Source: Euglena gracilis (lineage: Eukaryota). Taken from it: DNA of 64,000 bases. How positions within the stretch are numbered: the first letter of the stretch is position 1; the number at the start of each line of letters is the position of its first letter. Below are positions 57,214-64,000 of this stretch, piece after piece. Made by a program: the position numbers and the translations under genes. Below the pieces are notes generated by a model, which was not told the DNA's origin, searched no databases, and worked only from the letters and a program-made list of their open reading frames with translations. The stretch is taken from the NCBI GenBank assembly GCA_039621445.1, contig CP154954.1, positions 45,053,847-45,117,846 of the forward strand, given 5' to 3'.

Positions 57214-60200
57214 CGGGTGCGCCGTGGCGGGGACATCGACGTGTACGGGCGGCACACCCCGCGGGTGGCCACCGGGCTGTTCTGTGTGGCCGCCGACCTG
57301 CAGCGGCGGGGCCGGCCAGGGTGCTAGGCCCCATGAGGGTGAGGGAAGTTGTTTGCCGTGGTGGGGGGTGTCGTCCGATGTTGTTCCCCGGATCACATCT
57401 GCCACTTGCAGTGTGTGTTCCCCCTGGTTTCATCCAAGCACCATCGGACCGGGATTGCTTCCTGGCCTGGGGAGGGTTCACAGGTGTCTAATCTTTTTTC
57501 ACACCCGGGTCAGTTTTCAAATTGTCCAAATGAAGTTGAGCTGCTTTCAGGTGGAATTTCTGTTTTCTATGGACCCTCCCTGATGTCATCACACCAAGGG
57601 GTCATTTGGTGGTCACCGCCGTCCAACAATTTTGGGACATGCCCCATAGAGGAAGAACTTGAATCACTGGATTTATTATTTATGGTTTATTTTATTGCTT
57701 TATTTGTTGATTTTTATTGATTTATTGACAGCGGCCACCACACACTCCCAACCCAGTGTGGACCACCATCAGACCACGCACCTGACAATGGTCTTTTCAA
57801 TCTCACCAAGGCAGAATCAATTTTCGGATTGGTTGGCATACACCTCCCAAATCACCCCAATACCGACCCCTCCCCCTGGTTGTTGACCCCCTGGCCCGTT
57901 GGGCCCAACTTGACCCCCCCCCAAAGTTGACCCTCATCTGTTGGGCCAATTTCCCCCCCGGAAGAATTTTTCCAGGTTTAAGAGATCACTACGAGGAATG
58001 GTTTCTCCGCAGAAATGCCTTCTTCGTCTGACGATGTGGCTGGGAAACCCTGAATATCCACAACTCCCAAGGTGATGTCCGATGGTAATAGGGTGTGGGG
58101 AGAAATCATCCAGCCATGTGGCATGTGAGCCCAAGTATGGGGAAAGTGACCCCAACAGCCCAACTTACCCCCCCCCCCGAAGCTGTTGGACCCAACTTGA
58201 CCCGGGTCAATAACATGGGGGGGATAGCGAGGTTTGGTTCCAGCCCATCTCTCCCTGTAGAAAATTTGGTGTGGTGCAAGTGGTGTTTCCCTGGCCAGAC
58301 CATGGACCAGGCTTGTGCTTAGTCGGGTGCCTACCCCACGGGAGGTGGTGCTAGGGGCAGGCACCCCGTAGCACCTGATCCGACCCCCCCCCCCCGGGGA
58401 GGGGGGGTTTGGGGGGTGCCTGCCCCTAGCAGGCACCCCCCTCTGACCCCGGCGCCGAAGGCGCCGGGGGCCCGGAAAAGGCCATTTTCAATGAAAATTT
58501 TCTGGGCCCCCCCGGACCCCTACCCCCCCGGGGGGTGTGCCTGCTAGGGGCAGGCACCCTATAGCACCCACCCCCCTCCCCCCCTCCCCCCAGGTCGGTA
58601 AGCAGAAGCATGCCCTGAACCTTTTTGGGGACCTTTTTCACCTGGATCTGACCCCCCCATGTGATCAAACCCCCAATGTGATTAAACCCCCCCTGAATAG
58701 AAGCCTCCGGGGGCTGCTATTCGGAACGTTGGTCAAAAACCGAGGGGGGGGGCTTCTATTCGGGGGGGGGGGGGCACTATTCGGAAAAGTGGTCGAAAAT
58801 CAGGGGTCCGAGCATTATCGAAGAAATTTCTTTTTGGTCTACATGTCCTACCTTTCCAAGCCATGTCAAGTTTGCTGCAAATGTTACTATTGTGGATGCA
58901 TTGGATCATTAGTTGTAAAAAAAATCACCCAACCCTCAGAGGTATTACAAAAACTGGAGCCTACGCTAGACATTTACCGCACACTCCCCACACCCCCACA
59001 CCCCCCCCACACCCCCCCCCCCACTTGACCAGCGTGGGCTCCAGTTTTTGCAATGCTCATTTAACCAATGGCCGAAGAAGCCAAAGCACTTGCCGTCTCA
59101 ATTGACAGACAACCCACGAGGAGCGACCTACTATTCGGGGGGGGGGACACTATTCGGAGAGTTGGTCGAAAACCGGGGGGGGGGGGGCACTATTTGGGGG
59201 GGGGGGGGCTTCTATACAGGGGGGGTTATGCCATCAGGGGCAGTGAATTTGAACAGGTGGAAATGCATCCACGAATCGTACATCGTATGACAACAATTTC
59301 AATTCAGTTGTCAGCCATCTGAAGCATAACGGAACAACCGCGATTTTGATGGCCTCTTGATCTAAAGCTTGAGCTTTTGAAGGCAAGGCATCAATCATAT
59401 GCGATCCTGATCAATTGCGGTATTGTATCAAGGCATCAAGGCATCAATTGGGGTGTATTTGTGCATAGGGAGTTGCTGCCCCCCCGCCCAGGGGCAGGGT
59501 ACCCATCAGCTTCAGAAATTCTTACCTCTTTTCCGAAATAATGGTGGGCCAGCCCTGCACAGTCATTTTGAGCCAATCTCTCGAAGACCTGGGGGGGTCC
59601 AGCTTGCTGGCTGGGAAAGGGGTGCTGGCTGGAGTTGAATTTTTGACAATTGCTTTTAATGGGCCCGATTTTGGGGGGGTCCCCCGGGGGGTCCCGCACC
59701 ACCCTGGGTGGGTGGGGGGCACCTCCCCCCCCCCCCCCCGGGGTCTTAAAAAGAAGCCTGGGCTGGACCACTGGGGGGGGGGGGGTCCAGTACAGATTGG
59801 ACCTGGCAGATACTTGAAGGCAGGCTTGAAATGGAGAGTCCCCTAGTCCCCAAATGACGTGCATGTTGGGGAGCCCCCCGGGTCGTTTGAATGGGGGATA
59901 TGACTGGACGTGGGCCGATGAGGCCCTGGGGGGGGGGGGGCAATAGATGCGGTGGATGCAGGCACGGGAAGGGATGACAGCCTTTGCATTGGTTGTGTTT
60001 TGGTGGTTGAGATTATGGGAGCCGTGGGAATTTTCGGGCTGTGGGACTTGAAGACTGGAAAGAAGCCCAAAGCCAGCTGGGCGGGAATGTTCCAACCTAA
60101 ACATCATTTTTGAGGATTATTGGCCTGGCTTGTCTGTCGGTCTCGGGGCACATTCCCCAGGCTGATTGGGGGGGGGGGGGGGGCAGCAGCGAGGGCCGAG

Positions 60201-60509
60201 CCCTGGGGGCAGCTGCCGGACGCGGCGCGTATCTACCAGCAGGCGATGGAGGCGCAGGTGGCGGTGCTCGGGGCGAGGCACTCCTCCGTCGCCGTCACGT
60301 ATGCCCACCTCGCCACCGTGTACGAGGGGCTGGGCCCAGGGCGTCGCCGTCCCCCGGCCAGCCAGCCGGTGTTGCACCCCCCACCCACCTATCCCCACCC
60401 ACCCACCCACCCACCCACCCACACACACACACACACACACAACACACACACGCACACACACACACACAACACACACACACACACACAACACACACACACA
60501 CACACACAC

Positions 60510-60558
<49 letters not shown>

Positions 60559-63500
60559 CACACACACACACACACACAAAACACACACACACACACACAC
60601 ACACAACACACACACACACACACACACAACACACAACACACACACACACACACACACACACAAAACACACATACAAAAAGGGGGAATGCACACACACATA
60701 TACAGTAGAACCAGCTGTGTACACGCAACTGGCCATTTTGGGGAACGAGGTGGGTCCTCCCCCAAACAATGATTCCCCACGGTTGGGTTCAAATCCTCGA
60801 AGGCAGGGCGGCGGGGCCCTGGCCGGGGCAGTGGGACAAGGCGCTGGAGGCGTACCGGCGGGCGCTGCAGCTGCACGCCGCGGCGGGCGGGGCGGCGCTG
60901 GAGGGGCGGGAGGGGGCCCTCTACCACCGCATGGCGAGCCTCTTCCAGAAGCAGGGCCACCGCCGCCGGGCCCTTGAGCTCTACGGTCGCTCCCGTACCC
61001 TGAAGGAGACCGCCGTGGGGCCCGCCGAGGCCCTCGGGGGACCTCCGAGGGACGGTGCCATCCTCACACCTCCACCGGAATTGTGTGTCTGTCTGCGTGT
61101 GGGTTTGTTGGTGTGGCAGTTTTTGCGGTATGAGAGTCTTTCCCTTGTGTCCTTTCAAAATGGGTGGTGGCACGTGAAGTTGTTTGCCATGAGGCTGGGC
61201 TGCAGTCGGCAGTCCAACCGACAGCCACCCACTCCCGTGTTCTGGCCTCCGTTTCGGGGTTCCCCATCACAGGTCTCCACCCAAGGCTTTACGGTTCAAG
61301 CGTCCAGCATAAATTTGATCCAACTATCCCCCCTCTCCCCACACCGACACCCCCAATAAGCTTGGGGGAGGGGAATGCCCTCATTTGGGCAGCAGCCCCC
61401 CAATGGTTTGAAGGTCGTTGGCGAAATCGCAGGTCGCGCATTTTTTTTCCGACGGGTTGACGAAACGCATCCGCTTTTATCACTTGATCCTTGTGTTTCA
61501 TCGGAAGCCCACCCCCCCCCAAGGCCTCCCGCCAACGCCCCGGTCGTCGGGGCCATCGCGTACTCGATGGGGCAGCTGTACCACGCGGAGCGGCAGTTCC
61601 CGGAGGCGCTGGCCGCGTTCCACCAGGTGCTGACCGTGAAGGACATCCCGCCGGGCCCCGTCTGCCCACGGCAACCGCTGGCATAGACCGGCTCTGTCCA
61701 GGTCTGGCCCTCACAGATCCCCCTCTCTCCCTGAAGGCCCATCCCGTTGGGGTTGCCGGGTCTTCAATATAAGGAGGGCATACACGGTTTAGGTGGGGGG
61801 TCCCCCCCCCCTCCTGGCCCGCAGGGGGGGTCCGGACCCCCCCCCCCCACCTGCCAGGGGGGTCCGGACCGACCCCGGGGGGGCACCCGGGACCCCCCCA
61901 AAAAGGTCAATTTTTTCCTCCGGCACTTTGCGCCGGAGTTTTGGGTAATTTTCTGCCAGGGACCTGATGAAAAAACATTATGTGCTGCTTGCGCTTTGAT
62001 TTCGCTGGATGTCAATTTTTTTGCCCGGCCTTCGCGCCGGGCCGAAATTTGGTCACCCGGACCGCGCCACTGTTTAGGTGGGGACACCCCCCCCCTCCTC
62101 CGCAGGGGGGGGGGTCCGGACCCCCCCACCTGTCCTTATATCAAACCCTGGAGCAGCCTGCGGTGCTGTGGCCCCACATGCGAATGGCAGCAGTGTACAG
62201 CGCGCTGGGCGACCACGCAGCACAGAGACCAGTTCATCCATAACCCAACCTTCGCCATGCAACAGAGTGGGCAAAAATTGCGGTGGACTGAAATTTTTCT
62301 TAAGTTACCAAATTTTATCATAATCATATTTTTACAGTAATTTTCAACTGCTGGGGGTTTCTGTTCTTCTGAAGGCTTATGTCTCATGGCTTCATCCTCC
62401 CTTTTCTCTGGCAAACAGCATTAACGTGGTCCCCCAAAGGCATCCGTCATATTCGCACACGGAATTGCTGCCACGGGGCATGTTTGATGGCGTCCAATCA
62501 AATCAATGGACATGAACATGGACATTATTTTTTACTTTTTTGTAATGAAAAATGAGAAACAAGATGGCCTGCAGTTGGCTGATAGCCAGCCTGCGTTTTT
62601 TTGCCGCCTTTGGAGGTTGTTCATGTTCGGGACTGGCCGCTGGGGGCTGATGCGATTGAGATGTACCGGAAGGTGTTGGCGATGCAGGTGGAGGAGTGGG
62701 GGCCGGACGCCCTCGTGGTGGGGGAGCCCAGGGGGGGGCCAATGCGTGCTGGTACATGCGTTCTTTCCATCGCTTATATTCGCTGCTCCTCTGTCAAGTT
62801 GGCAGGTCACCCTGAAATGGAAGAGCGGCCCTGGCTTTTTTTGGCTGTTCGGCCTTTGGGATCAGATTTTTAAGTTAATCTTGAATACCTTGGTGACGAA
62901 CTGGATGGTTGTCGAAGACAAAGCATTAAAGAAGTCAGGTGGCCAAAGGATCTCACCAATGCAGAATCGAATTTCCCCAGCTCACAGTTGTCATTGCTCA
63001 TCAGATTTTCTTGCAAATTCTCGGAAAAGATCCAATATGCAACAGCCGCTCTGTGGTTGTAGCCAGTAGATGGCTGGTGGTGGTTGCTGCCTGCCCTCTG
63101 CGACTCCCCCCACTTGCATGCTTGTCCCATTCTGTATGTGCACCTTCCGGAACAAACCTTTTGGAACACGTTGTGCAAGACCACAACATGCACAAACTGG
63201 GTGCCCCCCTTGTCGTTGACGCAGCAGGTTGACACAGCAGGTTTGTTGACAATCCCCCATGTCAACTACATTAGCCACAGTTTCTTTGAAATGCGGCCAA
63301 AGCACTTCAAAATTGTGTCGGATCTTCTTTCCAGCCATGGCTTCGAATGTTTTCACCCATGAATTTGGTGATTTTGTGCAATGTGTGAAATCCAATGATG
63401 CAATTGTGGAGACTATTGTTGCTGGTACAATATGAGATGTCCAATGGTACAATTGTGGAGGCAATGGCTTCTGGCTGCTGTTGCTGGTGGTTTTTTGTCA

Positions 63501-63694
63501 TGGTACTGTGCCTTTGGCACGGCCTGTCGTTGACACACCGCCCGTGTCAATGACATTTTCCTGGAACTTTGGCGTGTCAACGATGAGGGGGGGGGGGTAT
63601 CAATCCCCAATGATTGAGCTCCAGTAGCTTTCGAAGCGACAACTTGCAGGACACATTGAACACTACCTCCGAAGCACACGCAGCACTGTGTGTG

Positions 63695-63729
<35 letters not shown>

Positions 63730-63985
63730 TGCGCGCTGGGTGTTGTGTTGTTCTTTTGTGTGCGGGTGGGTGGGTGGGTGTTGTGGTGTGGGGATGGGGG
63801 TGCAGGTCCCTCTCTGTGGGGGACGTATGCAAAGCTGGCACAGGCGTACTACCTGAAGGGGGACACCGCCTCCGCGCTGGCGGTGTGTCAGAAGGCGCTG
63901 GATATCCGCCTGGCGGCCCTCGGGGAGTACCACGAGGACGTCGCCCTGACATACGAGCAGATGGGGACGGCCGCCGCCGCCGCCT
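57214..63985 (+). CDS. TPR-repeat exons (kinesin-light-chain/TPR_12-like), probably the 3' part of gene 2; continues past the window end
   Basis: Exons 57214-57313, 60211-60333, 60827-61023, 61534-~61650, ~62156-62219, ~62646-62725, 63822-~63985. Protein: GQLPDAARIYQQAMEAQVAVLGARHSSVAVTYAHLATVYEGLGQWDKALEAYRRALQL...ALDIRLAALGEYHEDVALTYEQMG. Confidence 0.85.
57314..60210 (+). other. Non-conventional intron (2.9 kb)
   Basis: GGC-CAGGG..GGCCC...GGGCCGAGCCCTG-GGGGC; restores RRGQLPDA; flanks match 6/8 as a TSD relic. Confidence 0.8.
58687..59226. mobile_element. TIR element with CCCCCCTGAATAGAAGC termini
   Basis: Right end GCTTCTATACAGGGGGG; interior is the reverse complement of parts of 48708-50962. 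Confidence 0.7.
60385..60700. repeat. (CA)n microsatellite inside intron 60334-60826
   Basis: Read directly from the sequence. Confidence 0.95.
62726..63821 (+). other. Non-conventional intron containing a probable hAT transposase relic
   Basis: GCC-CAGGGGGGGGCC...GGTCCCTCTCTG-TGGGG; restores VVGETYAKLAQAY. Confidence 0.8.
62880..63460 (-). pseudogene. Probable hAT-family transposase relic
   Basis: Frameshifted motifs in hAT order: HWTS, FTH..W, RHNF..L..TWGIVNK, VHVVVLHNVF, LMSNDNCELGKFDSALVRSFGHLT; matched by eye only. Confidence 0.45.
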
Positions 63986-64000
63986 CCCGGGGGGGGGGAG

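Overview
Eukaryotic nuclear DNA, almost certainly a euglenid (Euglena-like). It has short GC-rich exons, long (TG)n/(CA)n tracts and interstitial TTAGGG. Introns are a mix of GT-AG and euglenid non-conventional type (paired termini, CAG at +4..+6 and CTG at -8..-6). Most ORFs in the supplied track are spurious. Manual splicing recovers two + strand genes. Gene 1 (3149-21627) is a secreted protein with a signal peptide, a Ser/Pro-rich linker and a C-terminal FG-GAP/VCBS beta-propeller. Gene 2 (~33.4 kb to beyond the window end) has ankyrin repeats, a degenerate ADP-ribosyltransferase-like domain and TPR repeats; joining its 40.7 kb and 57.2 kb parts is inference. Introns and intergenic DNA hold many non-autonomous DNA transposons: hAT-like (CAG...CTG TIRs, 8-bp TSDs) and TA-flanked. 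There is also a decayed LINE, a probable hAT transposase relic and a segmental duplication with filled/empty insertion sites. Main observation: the fixed geometry of the non-conventional introns (3 nt before the CAG, 5 nt after the CTG) equals one 8-bp TSD. One intron (7145-8424) is a TIR element with a perfect 8-bp TSD inside coding sequence. This suggests hAT-type MITEs act as intron generators here. All annotation was done by eye; the homopolymer-rich sequence may contain assembly errors.
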